Source of the DNA: Fibrobacteria bacterium
GTDB taxonomy: Bacteria > Fibrobacterota > Fibrobacteria > UBA11236
Assembly (NCBI GenBank): GCA_050486505.1
Contig: JBJHDK010000001.1
Coordinates: 12,674-76,673, forward strand
Reading direction: 5' to 3'
Length of the DNA: 64,000 nucleotides
Shown here: piece by piece, positions 16,871 to 26,914 of the stretch
Position numbering within the stretch: position 1 is the first letter of the stretch
Layout of the letters: every line of letters starts with the position of its first letter
Notes under the pieces: model-generated
Seen by the model: only the letters and a program-made list of their open reading frames with translations
Database searches by the model: none
What the model was told of the DNA's origin: nothing
Made by a program: the position numbers and the translations under genes

Positions 16871-19800
16871 ATGTACCTCTCCAAGTTGCGCATTTCCGGG
16901 TTCAAATCCTTCGCCAACCGCGTGGAGGTCAACTTTCCCAGCGAGGGCATCACCTCGGTGGTGGGGCCCAACGGCTGCGGCAAGTCCAACATCATCGACG
17001 CCATCCGCTGGGTACTGGGCGAGCAGCGCGCCCGCGCGCTGCGTTCCTCCAAGATGGAGGATGTGATCTTCTCGGGCACGGCCGAGCGCTCCGCGCAGAA
17101 CATGGCTGAGGTCAGCCTGCTCATCCACAACGACAGCGGCGTGCTGCCCTCCGACTACACCCAGGTGATGATTACCCGCCGCGCCTACCGCAGCGGCGAG
17201 AGCGAGTACCTGATCAATAACCAGCCCTGCCGCCTCAAGGACATCCATAACCTGTTCTACGACACGGGCATGGGCGCGGCCTCATACAGCCTCATCGAGG
17301 CGAAGATGATCGACAGCATCCTCTCCGAAAAGGCGGACGAGAGGCGCACCATGTTCGAGGAGGCCTCGGGCATTTCGAAGTACAAGCAGCAGCGCAAGGA
17401 AACCCTGCGCCAGCTCGAGCGCACCGCGCAGGATCTCGCCCGCGTCGAGGACGGTCTCCGCCACGTGCAGCAGAACGTCAACATGTTCGAGCGCCAGGCG
17501 AAAAAGGCCGAGAAGTGGCGAGCCCTGCGCGACGAGGCGCGCGCGCTGGAACTGAGCTACCAGCACGACTCGTTCATGAGGATTTCCGGGGAACTTGAAG
17601 CCCTGCAAACAGGGCTTGCGAAGGACGAGGGGCACTCGGCCGAACTCGACGCCCGCCGCGCCGCCGAGGAGGCCGCGCTGGAGGAAGAGAAGCTTTCGCT
17701 GTTCGCGGAAGAACAGCAGGTCGCGGAACTCAGCCGCAAGGCGGCGGGAACCCAGGCCGAGGCGATCCGCCTCGAGGGGGAGTCCGACCGCGCCCGTGAC
17801 CGCGGCGAGCATTTGCAGGAATCGCTGCAGCGCCTGCGCACCGAAGACGAGCAGTCGCGCACCCGGCTTGCGGAGATGGCCGGCCAACGCGCGGAGGCCC
17901 TGCGTGAATCCGCCGAGGCGGAAGCCTTCCTCGCCGGTGCTGCGGAGCAAAGCGGGCTCGCCCGCGAGACCGCCGATGCTGCCGCCGCGAAGGTGCAGGA
18001 GGCGCGCGCCGAAGCCAACGCCCTGGGCGAAGAGCGCATGGCCGTGCTTGAGGAGCTTTCCGGAATGAAGCAGCGCCTGGGTGCGGCCGAAGGCGAGTTG
18101 CAGCACCTGACCGGCAGCGAAGATGAATGGGCGGGGGAGCGCGACGCGCGCACCGAAGGGCTCGTCGAGCAGCGCCGCTTGCGCGACGAAGCCGCGGCCG
18201 CACTGGCCGCGGCCGAATCGGAGACGCATGTCGCCGCGGAGGAATCGGAGAGGGTGGCCGCGGGGCTTGAAGAGGCCTCGCGCGCGCTTGAAGCCGCTCG
18301 TGGCCGGGCGCAGGAACTCGGCCGCGAGTTGGCGGTGCTCGAATCCCGCCGCGAACTTCTCGCCGGGCTCGAGGCGGCGGGCGAAGGCATGGATGCAGGG
18401 GTCAAGCACCTGCTTCACGATGCCCGGGATCGCATGCAAGGCCTGCTCATCGACGTGCTTGAGGTTCCCGAGGATCTCTCGACTGCCGTGGAGCGCGCGC
18501 TCGGAAAGTCGTTGCAAGTCGTGCTCGTCAAGGACAGGGGGATGGGGGTCGAGCTGTTGTCTGCCCTGCGTGACGGTCGCAAGGGGGAGGCCGTGTTCGG
18601 GCTTCCCGGTTTTGGGGGCAGGTCCGCGGCTCGCCCCGACCTTTCAGGGCGTCCCGGTTTCCGCGGGTGGTTGTCCGACCGGGTCAAAGGCCCCGCCGAG
18701 TGGGCAGGGGTGCTCGACTGGGCACTCGGCCGTCATGCCTTGGTCGATTCGCTCGACGCGGCATTCGCGCTTGCCGAGTCAGTTCCCGGTGATAACCTCT
18801 GGTTTTGGACTCCCGACGGCTCGGCCGTGCATTCCGCGGGTGCTCTCTTCGGCGGTGCGACGGGCGATGCCAACGCCGCCGAGGCGGACAAGGCCGGGCT
18901 GCTGCAGCGCAAAGCGCAGCTTCAGGAAATCGTTGTGCGGGTGGAGGGGCTTCGCGCGGAATCCGCTGCTGCGGGAGCGGAAACCGAAACGCTGCAGCAA
19001 CGACGCACGGCGCTGCAGGCGGAAGCCGAGGACCTCCGCCTGTGTGCCCGCGATGCCGAGCGGCGCGTCCACGAGGCGCGTGCGAAGGTGCAACTCAGCG
19101 AGAGCCGGGCCGAGAACCTCGACCGCGAGGTGGTCCAGTACCGCCTCAAGCTTGAGTCGCTGGGTGACCGCAAACGCCAGTTGCAGGAGTCCGTGGAGCG
19201 CCTCCGCGCCGAGTGGACGCAAGCCGACGAGGAGCGTCTTGCGCTCGAGTCGCGCTACCAAAGGGCCCTTGAGGGCGTGCAGGATCTCGAGGCTGAACAC
19301 CGTCGCCTCGACCAGGAGTGGCGGGCCGTCGATCAGGAACGTGCCGAGCGCGAAGCACGCCTCAAGGCGGCGCGCGCGCGCCTCGAGTACCTCGACACGG
19401 CCGAAGCCGAGCTGAAGGCGGCGTTGGAGCGCTCTGCCGCGCAGGCGGAAGACTGGGAGTCGCAGATTCGCATGCTGCGCGAGAAGGCCGCAAGCCTTGG
19501 AGACGACATGGGCGGATTGCACGAACGCCTCGCCGCCGAGGAGCGGGAGCGCGACGCGGTGAAGTCGGTGTACGATTCCAAGGTCGCGCGCCTCGAGGAA
19601 CGGCGCACCCTGCTCCGCCGTCTCCAGGACGACTTGCGCGAAGTCACCGACGCGGCGCACAAGCGCTCGCTGCGCATGGAGCAGGCGCGCGCCGCCCTGC
19701 AAAACATCCGCGAGCGCATGTTCGAGGCGCACGAGGTCGACTTCGGCGCGGACGAGGTGTCCTTCGAGCGAGTCGAGTACGACGCCGACGCGGCACCGCA

Positions 19801-20449
19801 GCAAATCGCCGAGCTCAAGGAAAAGCTGCGGGGATTGGGCAACATCAACACCGGCGCCCTCGAGGACTACGAGACGGAGAAGGCGCGCCTCGAGGAGGTG
19901 CAGAAACAGTTCGACGACCTCGACCGCGCCCGGCAGGGGCTCGACCGCGCCATCAAGAAACTCGACAAGGCCGCGCGCGAGCAGTTCCTCGCCACCTTCG
20001 CGATCGTCCAGAAAAACTTCCAGGAAGTGTTCTCGTCCCTTTTCGAAGGGGGCGAGGCCCAGCTTCATCTCGAGGAGAACGTGGATCCCCTCGACGCGAA
20101 GATCGAGATCAACGCGCGTCCCACCGGGAAGAAGATGCGGGGGGTCTCCCTGCTTTCCGGCGGTGAGCGGGCTCTCACTGCCATCTCGCTGCTCTTTGCG
20201 CTCTACCTCGTGCGTCCGTCGCCTTACTGCATCATGGACGAGGTCGACGGTCCGCTCGACGACGCCAACATCGGGCGCTTCGTCAACCTGCTGCGGCGCT
20301 TCAGCCACCAGACGCAGTTCATCGTGGTGACGCACAACAAGCGCACCATGGCGGCCTCCGACATGCTCTACGGCGTGACGCAGGAGATCAAGGGCATCTC
20401 CAAGATGGTCGCGGTGCAGCTCGACGAAGCGGCAAGAATCGCGGCTTGA
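16871..20449 (+). CDS. smc: Chromosome segregation protein SMC
   Basis: 1192 aa. Walker A GPNGCGKSN, long coiled coils, hinge, signature LSGGE, Walker B CIMDEVDGPLD. Confidence 0.95.
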   Translation: MYLSKLRISGFKSFANRVEVNFPSEGITSVVGPNGCGKSNIIDAIRWVLGEQRARALRSSKMEDVIFSGTAERSAQNMAEVSLLIHNDSGVLPSDYTQVMITRRAYRSGESEYLINNQPCRLKDIHNLFYDTGMGAASYSLIEAKMIDSILSEKADERRTMFEEASGISKYKQQRKETLRQLERTAQDLARVEDGLRHVQQNVNMFERQAKKAEKWRALRDEARALELSYQHDSFMRISGELEALQTGLAKDEGHSAELDARRAAEEAALEEEKLSLFAEEQQVAELSRKAAGTQAEAIRLEGESDRARDRGEHLQESLQRLRTEDEQSRTRLAEMAGQRAEALRESAEAEAFLAGAAEQSGLARETADAAAAKVQEARAEANALGEERMAVLEELSGMKQRLGAAEGELQHLTGSEDEWAGERDARTEGLVEQRRLRDEAAAALAAAESETHVAAEESERVAAGLEEASRALEAARGRAQELGRELAVLESRRELLAGLEAAGEGMDAGVKHLLHDARDRMQGLLIDVLEVPEDLSTAVERALGKSLQVVLVKDRGMGVELLSALRDGRKGEAVFGLPGFGGRSAARPDLSGRPGFRGWLSDRVKGPAEWAGVLDWALGRHALVDSLDAAFALAESVPGDNLWFWTPDGSAVHSAGALFGGATGDANAAEADKAGLLQRKAQLQEIVVRVEGLRAESAAAGAETETLQQRRTALQAEAEDLRLCARDAERRVHEARAKVQLSESRAENLDREVVQYRLKLESLGDRKRQLQESVERLRAEWTQADEERLALESRYQRALEGVQDLEAEHRRLDQEWRAVDQERAEREARLKAARARLEYLDTAEAELKAALERSAAQAEDWESQIRMLREKAASLGDDMGGLHERLAAEERERDAVKSVYDSKVARLEERRTLLRRLQDDLREVTDAAHKRSLRMEQARAALQNIRERMFEAHEVDFGADEVSFERVEYDADAAPQQIAELKEKLRGLGNINTGALEDYETEKARLEEVQKQFDDLDRARQGLDRAIKKLDKAAREQFLATFAIVQKNFQEVFSSLFEGGEAQLHLEENVDPLDAKIEINARPTGKKMRGVSLLSGGERALTAISLLFALYLVRPSPYCIMDEVDGPLDDANIGRFVNLLRRFSHQTQFIVVTHNKRTMAASDMLYGVTQEIKGISKMVAVQLDEAARIAA

Positions 20450-20641
20450 TTTCCGTTACGGGCAACGCGTCATCGCGGTGCAAGGTTCCCGCGTTATCAT
20501 CGCGACGCAGTTTTATTCGCTTTGGCGAACGACGACCTTTTTCTCTCTTTTAACGTTTGTGCTGGGTCAGGATCCGGATAAGTCCACCTGAAAAGTCCTT
20601 GCACAGCGCTTCAGTCGTATTCTGAAGCTTTCCGGAGACGC

Positions 20642-22027
20642 GTGACAGTCATCGACGCGCCAGCGGCGCCGGCAACCGGCGCGTTATCATTTCGTTCCCT
20701 CCGGTACGGGGCATCGTACTGCCTCGCCTTGCTGCTGCGCCCCCACCCGGAAGACCGGAAGCGGGGCCTGCTTCTCGAGGAGGAAGCGCGCGCGGAACGC
20801 CTCACCAACCTGATCCGCATCGTCTACCTGGCGGCGTGGCTGCTGGTCACAGCCTGGATTGCCCGGACCAACGTGCCCGTCGCCAACCTGATCAATCTGG
20901 CGGGTGGAGGCGCATGGATGGCATGTGCGCTTGCATATCACCTCTGGTTGCTGCGTCGACCTTACCATCCTTCGTTCAAGTATGTGGCCACGATCTTCGA
21001 CATCGCCGCCGTCACGACGATGATTGTCGCATACGCATTGATGGGCGGCGGCGCTTTCGCGCTGAAGATGCCCATCAATCTCAACTACTTCTGTTGTCTC
21101 GGACTGGTCGCGCTTCGCTTGCATCGGCGCCTCGCGATTTATGCCGGGACGCTCACGGTGGGAGCGTATCTCGTGGCCTGGTTCGTGATCGCGCGCACGG
21201 TCGGATTGACGTACGGTGACGGGGTCGCGCATGCCGCCACCGACAGCGTGAACGCGAAATATCTGGCCTTCAACACGATTTACCTCGCTGTCTTCGGCTT
21301 GCTGGTCTACGCGGCCGCCGTAAACGTGCGCCGCATGCTGGATTTGCGTGCCGCCGAGGCGCGTCGCGCCCTGCGGGCCCGGGAGCGTGCCGTCATGGCG
21401 GCCGGGGTCGCGCACGAAATCCGCAATCCGCTGGCGGGGATTCATGGCGCCGCGCGGCTGCTTCGCGACGCAGACGGCGCAGATTCCCGGCTTGCCGCCA
21501 TGATTCTCGAGGACTCCGAGCGCCTCAACGGTGTCGTGGAGGGGTTCCTGCGTTTCTCCAGGCCTTTTCCTCTGCGTCCTCGTGTGACGGACGTCGCGGC
21601 GCTCGTCCGTGATTTTTGCCGGAGCGAGAGCATGCTGTTTCCGGACGTCCCGCTGGCATGTCGGCCCGGAGAGCGGAGCCTTCCCGTCCGGACCGATCCC
21701 GAGGCGGTACGCCAGATTCTGTCGAACCTCGTGCGCAATGCAAGGAAGGTGCAACCATCCGGTCGCGCGTTGCGTCTGAGTATGGAGGCGGAGCGCGGAA
21801 TCGTGCTTGTCCACGTTGAGGACGAGGGGCCCGGGATTGCTCCAAACCGCATGGAAGATCTTTTCGAGCCGTTCCGCACGGGGACGACCGACGGAACAGG
21901 GGTGGGGTTGGCGCTTTCGCGCAAGATCGCCCGGGAACTGGGCGGGGACCTGACGTATGTTCCCCTGCATCCGGGCAGCCGCTTCACATTGCGGCTGCAG
22001 GATCATGACGGAAGGGACGTTCCCTGA
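20642..22027 (+). CDS. Membrane sensor histidine kinase
   Basis: GTG start. Multiple N-terminal TM helices, H-box AHEIRNPLAG, G-box DGTGVGLALSRKIA. Confidence 0.85.
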   Translation: MTVIDAPAAPATGALSFRSLRYGASYCLALLLRPHPEDRKRGLLLEEEARAERLTNLIRIVYLAAWLLVTAWIARTNVPVANLINLAGGGAWMACALAYHLWLLRRPYHPSFKYVATIFDIAAVTTMIVAYALMGGGAFALKMPINLNYFCCLGLVALRLHRRLAIYAGTLTVGAYLVAWFVIARTVGLTYGDGVAHAATDSVNAKYLAFNTIYLAVFGLLVYAAAVNVRRMLDLRAAEARRALRARERAVMAAGVAHEIRNPLAGIHGAARLLRDADGADSRLAAMILEDSERLNGVVEGFLRFSRPFPLRPRVTDVAALVRDFCRSESMLFPDVPLACRPGERSLPVRTDPEAVRQILSNLVRNARKVQPSGRALRLSMEAERGIVLVHVEDEGPGIAPNRMEDLFEPFRTGTTDGTGVGLALSRKIARELGGDLTYVPLHPGSRFTLRLQDHDGRDVP

Positions 22028-23364
22028 TGCGCATGCCGATATCCGCATCTTCGCCTGCGACCGTGCTTGTGGTCGACGATGAGGCGCATGTCCGTGAGGT
22101 CACCGCCATGGCCCTGAAGCACTCGGGACACAGTGTCGTTTCCGCTGCGGGCGCGGAGCAGGCAATGGAGATCCTGCGTGAGGAAAACATTGATGTGATC
22201 ATCAGTGATGTGCGCATGCCGGGCCTCGACGGCATCGAGTTCCTTCGACGCGTGCGCGAAGAACAACCTGGGATCCGCTTCGTCGTCATGACGGCGCACG
22301 GAACCCTCGATGTCGCCGTGCGCGCGCTGCGGCACGGCGCGGATGATTTCCTCACGAAGCCGTTCGATCACGATGCCCTGCGCGACATCGTGCGGCGATT
22401 GTTGCGGGAAGTCCCCCGGCGACCCGCCCCCGTTCGCCCCGGCGGAGCCCCTGCCGAAGCTCCGCTGGGGGAGAGCCCCCCATTCGTCTCCTGCCTCGAC
22501 ATCGTGCGCAAGGCAGCCCGCACCGACGCCACCGTGCTCATCACCGGCGAAACCGGCTCGGGCAAAGAGGTGATCGCCCGGCACCTGCACGCCCTGTCGC
22601 CTCGCGCCGCCGGGCCTTTCATTGCGGTCAACTGCGGCGCCATTCCCGAGAACCTGATCGAGGCCGAGCTCTTCGGTTACGTGCGGGGGGCCTTCTCCGG
22701 CGCCATTTCGGATCGGCCGGGCAAGCTCGCCCTCGCCGACGGCGGCACGCTCTTCCTCGACGAGGTCGGCGAAATGCCACCGGCCATGCAGGTCAAGCTC
22801 CTGCGCGTGCTGCAGGAACGCGTGCTCGAACCCGTCGGGGGGATCATGAGCATGCGCGCCGATTTTCGCCTCGTGGCCGCGACGCATCGTGACCTGCGCG
22901 CCGAGGTCGCCTCCGGGCGTTTCCGCGAGGATCTCTGGTTCCGTCTGCACGTCATCCCGGTGGCCGTGCCTCCCCTGCGCGATCGCGGCGACGATGTGCT
23001 GCTGCTTGCCCGTCGCTTCCTTGCCGGGTGGAATGCCCACTACGGGACGGTGCATGCCCTTTCACCCGGCGATGCCGAGCTTCTGCGCACGTACGCGTGG
23101 CCGGGCAACGTGCGCGAGCTGGCCAATTCAGTCGAGCGTGCGGTGGTACTGGCCGGGGATGCCGGTCTGGCGTGGGATCTCGGTGGGGGCGGGGGGCCGG
23201 ATGCGGTCGACCCTTCCGTTCGGGGATGTCGCCGCGCCGCGGAACGGGAGGCCATCGTGGCGGCGCTCGAGTCCTGTCGCTGGAACAAGACCCGCGCGGC
23301 GGAGGTGCTGGGCATCTCGCGCCGCAGCCTGCTTTACAAGGTGAAGGAGTACGGGATCAGTTAA
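22027..23364 (+). CDS. Sigma-54-dependent response regulator (NtrC family)
   Basis: ATG overlaps the kinase stop (TGATG). [18 protein letters not shown] receiver, [14 protein letters not shown] loop, [19 protein letters not shown]. Confidence 0.9.
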   Translation: MRMPISASSPATVLVVDDEAHVREVTAMALKHSGHSVVSAAGAEQAMEILREENIDVIISDVRMPGLDGIEFLRRVREEQPGIRFVVMTAHGTLDVAVRALRHGADDFLTKPFDHDALRDIVRRLLREVPRRPAPVRPGGAPAEAPLGESPPFVSCLDIVRKAARTDATVLITGETGSGKEVIARHLHALSPRAAGPFIAVNCGAIPENLIEAELFGYVRGAFSGAISDRPGKLALADGGTLFLDEVGEMPPAMQVKLLRVLQERVLEPVGGIMSMRADFRLVAATHRDLRAEVASGRFREDLWFRLHVIPVAVPPLRDRGDDVLLLARRFLAGWNAHYGTVHALSPGDAELLRTYAWPGNVRELANSVERAVVLAGDAGLAWDLGGGGGPDAVDPSVRGCRRAAEREAIVAALESCRWNKTRAAEVLGISRRSLLYKVKEYGIS

Positions 23365-23507
23365 GAATTGAGAATTAAGAATTGAGAATGATGGGGGTGT
23401 CCCGATAACGGAGGTCGGTGATTTACGCGCACAACACCCGTAGACGCTTCACGCAAATACAGTCCTTGCGTTCAATTCTTAATTCTCAATTCCCAATTCG
23501 TAATTAA
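23361..23507. repeat. Heptad-armed hairpin element (GAATTAA/GAATTGA type)
   Basis: Left arm ttaagaattgagaattaagaattgagaa (23361-23388). Right arm ttcaattcttaattctcaattcccaattcgtaattaa (23471-23507) is its imperfect reverse complement. The loop is about 82 nt. Confidence 0.8.
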
Positions 23508-23518
23508 CGAAGCCGCTC

Positions 23519-24277
23519 CTACGAAGCTTCTTGCTCGTGCAACGCCGGCACGTCGTCCTCGCGCCAGACGAGCAGGCTGCCGCAGCTTTCGCAGGTGAGC
23601 AGCTGGCGGCGCTTCGAGACCTCGATCACCCGCTGCGCCGTCTGGTTGCGGCTGCATACGTCGCAGGCGCGGTGGACGTGGTTCACCGCCGCGATGATGT
23701 TCGGTGTGCCGCGCCTCTCGCGCATGCGGTCATAAAACGACAGGGTCTTCTTGCTGATTTTCGAGCGCGGCTCCTCGCCCTTGCGGGCTTCCCCGGCGAT
23801 GCGGTCCTCGATGCCGTTGAGCTCGGTGGTGAGCGTGTCGAGTTCGGGACCGACCTCCTCGCGCACCTTCGCGAGGGAAGCTTCAGCCTCCTCGACGTCC
23901 TTGCCGAGGTTCTCGAGAACCTGCTGAAAATGCAGCACCTGGGCTTGGGCCGTATCGATGCTTTTCTTGTGCGCGGCGATCTCGAGATGCACGGCATCGT
24001 ACTCGCGGTTCGTGCTGATGTTGGTGAGCCGCTTCTCGCTTTCCTCCAGCGCAGCCGTTTCGGTGGCCACCGCTTCCTGGTTCGATCGGATCAACCCTTC
24101 GGTGCGGGTGATCTCATCGCGCAAGGCCTGCACGGCCGTCTCCTCGTCGGAGATTCGCTGCTGCAGGGCCTCGATGCGCTGGGGGAGATCCCTGCGCGTC
24201 TGCTGGAGCTCAAAGACCTTCTTGTCCACTGCGGAGAGGCTCAGAAGGTTTTGCAAATCTTCTTCGATTGTAACCAT
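23519..24277 (-). CDS. Coiled-coil protein with C-terminal C4 zinc ribbon (COG1579-like)
   Basis: Long heptad-rich N-terminal part, C-terminal CDVC..17..CESC. Confidence 0.7.
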   Translation of the reverse strand: MVTIEEDLQNLLSLSAVDKKVFELQQTRRDLPQRIEALQQRISDEETAVQALRDEITRTEGLIRSNQEAVATETAALEESEKRLTNISTNREYDAVHLEIAAHKKSIDTAQAQVLHFQQVLENLGKDVEEAEASLAKVREEVGPELDTLTTELNGIEDRIAGEARKGEEPRSKISKKTLSFYDRMRERRGTPNIIAAVNHVHRACDVCSRNQTAQRVIEVSKRRQLLTCESCGSLLVWREDDVPALHEQEAS

Positions 24278-24363
24278 TGCGATACCCGGGGGTTCGGCAC
24301 CCCGAGGCCGGCCATGGTGCTCCCTGGAGGGGGGCGGCGTGGTGTCCGGATTCAGGTTGCCAT

Positions 24364-24410
24364 GAAAAAAAACGTCCCGTACCCCGAAAATCGGGGCCGG
24401 AACCGGACGC
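24364..24410 (-). terminator. Rho-independent terminator downstream of pth
   Basis: On the minus strand: GC hairpins (ccccgattttcgggg, nested in cgtcc..ggacg) followed by a T-run of nine. Confidence 0.55.
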
Positions 24411-24437
24411 CCAAACTAACTAGAACGGCAAGGGATT

Positions 24438-25016
24438 TCAACGCGCCGGAGAATCGGCCCTGCGGTTGTACCGCGTGGCGGCCAAATCCCACCCCTGCCG
24501 GAACCCTGTCCGCAAAAGATCGGGGAAATCGGAGAGAAGGGGGGCGAGAGCGGCCTGTTCGTCCCCGTTGAGCCGTGAAAGCACGAACCCCGAGAGGTCG
24601 CGTCCCGGCGGGCAGAGCCCGACCCCGACGCGAATCCGGGGGAACCCCTCGCCGATGCGCGCGATGATGTCGCGCAGGCCGTTGTGGCCTCCGTGGCCGC
24701 CCGACGGGCGGATGCGCACCGACCCGAGCGGCAGGGTGACGTCGTCAGTCACTACCGCCACCTCGGATGGGGGGATTTTGTGGAAGGTCATCAGGGCCTG
24801 CACCGCCTCGCCGCTGAGGTTCATGTAGGTCTGCGGCTTGGCGATCCAGAGGGTTTCATTGCCGAGGGTGGCCCTGCAAACCAGGGCCTTTCCCTTCTCC
24901 CTCCATGCGTCGGCTCCCAAGGCACGAGCGGCGGCGTCCGCCAAGGCGAAGCCGACGTTGTGCCGCGTGGAGTCGTACTTGGGACCGGGGTTTCCCAGCC
25001 CCGCGAGGAGGGGCAT
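24438..25016 (-). CDS. pth: Peptidyl-tRNA hydrolase
   Basis: MPLLAGLGNPGPKYDSTRHNVGF is the canonical Pth N-terminus. The start at 25016 avoids overlap with L25, which ends at 25024. Confidence 0.9.
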   Translation of the reverse strand: MPLLAGLGNPGPKYDSTRHNVGFALADAAARALGADAWREKGKALVCRATLGNETLWIAKPQTYMNLSGEAVQALMTFHKIPPSEVAVVTDDVTLPLGSVRIRPSGGHGGHNGLRDIIARIGEGFPRIRVGVGLCPPGRDLSGFVLSRLNGDEQAALAPLLSDFPDLLRTGFRQGWDLAATRYNRRADSPAR

Positions 25017-25023
25017 GGCGCGC

Positions 25024-25644
25024 TTACTTCTTTGCGGCCTCGGCCTTTTCGCCGCCCTTGGCATCCTTGGCGTCCTTGCCTTCTTCGGCCTTGGCGCCGC
25101 GCACCTGGCTGATGCCGAAGAGAGCGGTTTTTGGGGGGGTGATGAAGGTTCCCTTGTCGAACTTCAGGTCCGCGACGTAGAAGGTCTTTCCTGCTTCCAT
25201 GTCGGAGATGTCGATGGTGAAGTTCTCGGGAATGTCGGCCAGCTTCGCGCGCAGCCTGACGAACTTCTTGGCCACCTTGAACACGCCACCCTGGTTCTTG
25301 ACGCCCGTGGCGATGCCGACCGTGGAAACGGGGACGACGGCCACCACCGGGCGGGATTCGTCCACGCGCAGGAAGTCGACATGCAGGTAGGTGCCCTTGA
25401 TCGGATCGCGGTCGACCTGCTTGAGCAGAACGCGCTGCGCCTCGCCCTCAAGGTCGAGTGCGATGATGACGTTGCGGTGTGCGAGCATGGGACGCAGATC
25501 ACGGGCCGACACCTCGAGGGTCTGGGGCTCGCCCTTCAGGCCGTACACGACACCGGGCACCTTGCCTTCGCGGCGGAGGGAGTTGAGAAGGCCCTTGGAG
25601 CCCTGGGGGCGCTTGCGTGCGCTGAGTGAAAATTCCTGAGACAT
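25024..25644 (-). CDS. rplY: 50S ribosomal protein L25 / general stress protein Ctc
   Basis: MSQEFSLSARKR..GKVPGVVYG N-terminus, two-domain Ctc length, Lys/Ala/Glu-rich tail. Confidence 0.85.
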   Translation of the reverse strand: MSQEFSLSARKRPQGSKGLLNSLRREGKVPGVVYGLKGEPQTLEVSARDLRPMLAHRNVIIALDLEGEAQRVLLKQVDRDPIKGTYLHVDFLRVDESRPVVAVVPVSTVGIATGVKNQGGVFKVAKKFVRLRAKLADIPENFTIDISDMEAGKTFYVADLKFDKGTFITPPKTALFGISQVRGAKAEEGKDAKDAKGGEKAEAAKK

Positions 25645-25741
25645 GATCCGTTCCTCGCGCGGTACAACATGCCGGCGCATGCCTTCCCGTAAAAATTGGT
25701 GTGTGGCCCCGGAAAAATCCCGCAGGCCGCCGGAAGTCGGA

Positions 25742-25816
25742 TGGTTGGGGCGGCAGGATTCGAACCTACGAATGACGGATCCAAAAACCGTTGTCTTACC
25801 ACTTGACGACGCCCCA
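25742..25816 (-). tRNA. tRNA-Gln (anticodon TTG)
   Basis: Minus-strand cloverleaf folded by hand: acceptor TGGGGCG/CGCCCCA, T-arm GTAGG-TTCGAAT-CCTGC, anticodon loop TTTTGGA, encoded CCA. The anticodon stem has one U-U at its loop end. Confidence 0.8.
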
Positions 25817-25837
25817 ACGGCACCGAGGGGGCCAAAC

Positions 25838-26728
25838 TTAGAAAAACCCGGCCTTGTCCCAAAAGGTCGTGCGCACCGAGAAACGGCATGACGGGGCCAC
25901 TGCCTGCAGCGCCTCGTCCGCGCGCACGGAACCTTCGAACAGCGCGAAGACGCTGGCGCCGCTGCCGCTCAAGAGCACCCTGACCGGATCGAAGTCCCGC
26001 AGGGCGCTGTGCACGTCCCGGATTTCACGGAAACGCGCCAGCACGGGCTCCTCGAAATCGTTGTGCAGGCTCTTGAAAAACGCCGGATCCTGGGCCTTTT
26101 CGGCATATTCGTCCCGAAACCGTGGCCAGCGCGGCGGCGTTGCGCGCGGGGTGCCGGGGGCATACCCCAGTTCGCGGTAGGCCCAGGGCGTTTCGACATG
26201 GCAGCGGGGCGTGGCCACCACCACATGGAAGGGATGGGGGGCCGGCGCGGGCGCGAGCCGCTCTCCCCGCCCTTCGGCGAAGGCGGTCGGAGTCGAGAGA
26301 AAGAACGGCACGTCCGATCCCAGTTCCGCTCCCATCGCCCGCAGCTCTTCGGCGGGGGTTCCGAGTTGCCACACCGCGTCGGCCAGGCGCAGTGCGGCGG
26401 CGGCGTCGGAGCTTCCTCCCCCGAGTCCGCCGCCGGCGGGCAGCCGCTTGCGCAGGGCGAAGCGGATGCCCGCCCCCGCCGGAAGGCGGGCCGCGCTGCG
26501 CTCCTTGAGCAGCATGGCCGCGCGCACGACGAGGTTGTCCGCGAGGGTTTCCGTGAGGCCTTCCGCGCCCTCGAGCGCGATGGAATCCCACGGCTCCGCC
26601 GACAGCGAGTCCCCGACCTCGAGCGCCTGGAACAAGGTCCCCAGGTCGTGGAAGCCGTCAGGGCGACGCCCCTGAACTTCAAGGAAGAGATTGATCTTGG
26701 CAGGGCAGGGAAGCGATAGCGGAGGCAT
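25838..26728 (-). CDS. ispE: 4-diphosphocytidyl-2-C-methyl-D-erythritol kinase
   Basis: PAKINLFLEV start region, GHMP motif GGGLGGGSSDAAA. The ispE-tRNA-ctc-pth order is common. Confidence 0.9.
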   Translation of the reverse strand: MPPLSLPCPAKINLFLEVQGRRPDGFHDLGTLFQALEVGDSLSAEPWDSIALEGAEGLTETLADNLVVRAAMLLKERSAARLPAGAGIRFALRKRLPAGGGLGGGSSDAAAALRLADAVWQLGTPAEELRAMGAELGSDVPFFLSTPTAFAEGRGERLAPAPAPHPFHVVVATPRCHVETPWAYRELGYAPGTPRATPPRWPRFRDEYAEKAQDPAFFKSLHNDFEEPVLARFREIRDVHSALRDFDPVRVLLSGSGASVFALFEGSVRADEALQAVAPSCRFSVRTTFWDKAGFF

Positions 26729-26735
26729 GGCGAAG

Positions 26736-26896
26736 GAAGTTATGAATTATGAGTTATGAGTTATGAGTTGGGGGCTGGTGGTTGCAAAATCCGGATTTCA
26801 TGACTGTTACCGGTGCTGTCCTGAATCATGATATCCCAATCAGGACGCGACCCGGTTCCCCCAGACTCATAACTCATCACTCATGACTCATAACTC
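26736..26896. repeat. Heptad-armed hairpin element (AGTTATG type) between divergent ispE and argF
   Basis: Left arm gaagttatgaattatgagttatgagttatgagttggggg (26736-26774). Right arm cccccagactcataactcatcactcatgactcataactc (26858-26896). The loop is about 83 nt. Confidence 0.85.
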
Positions 26897-26914
26897 GTTT
26901 CTTAATTTTCTCCG

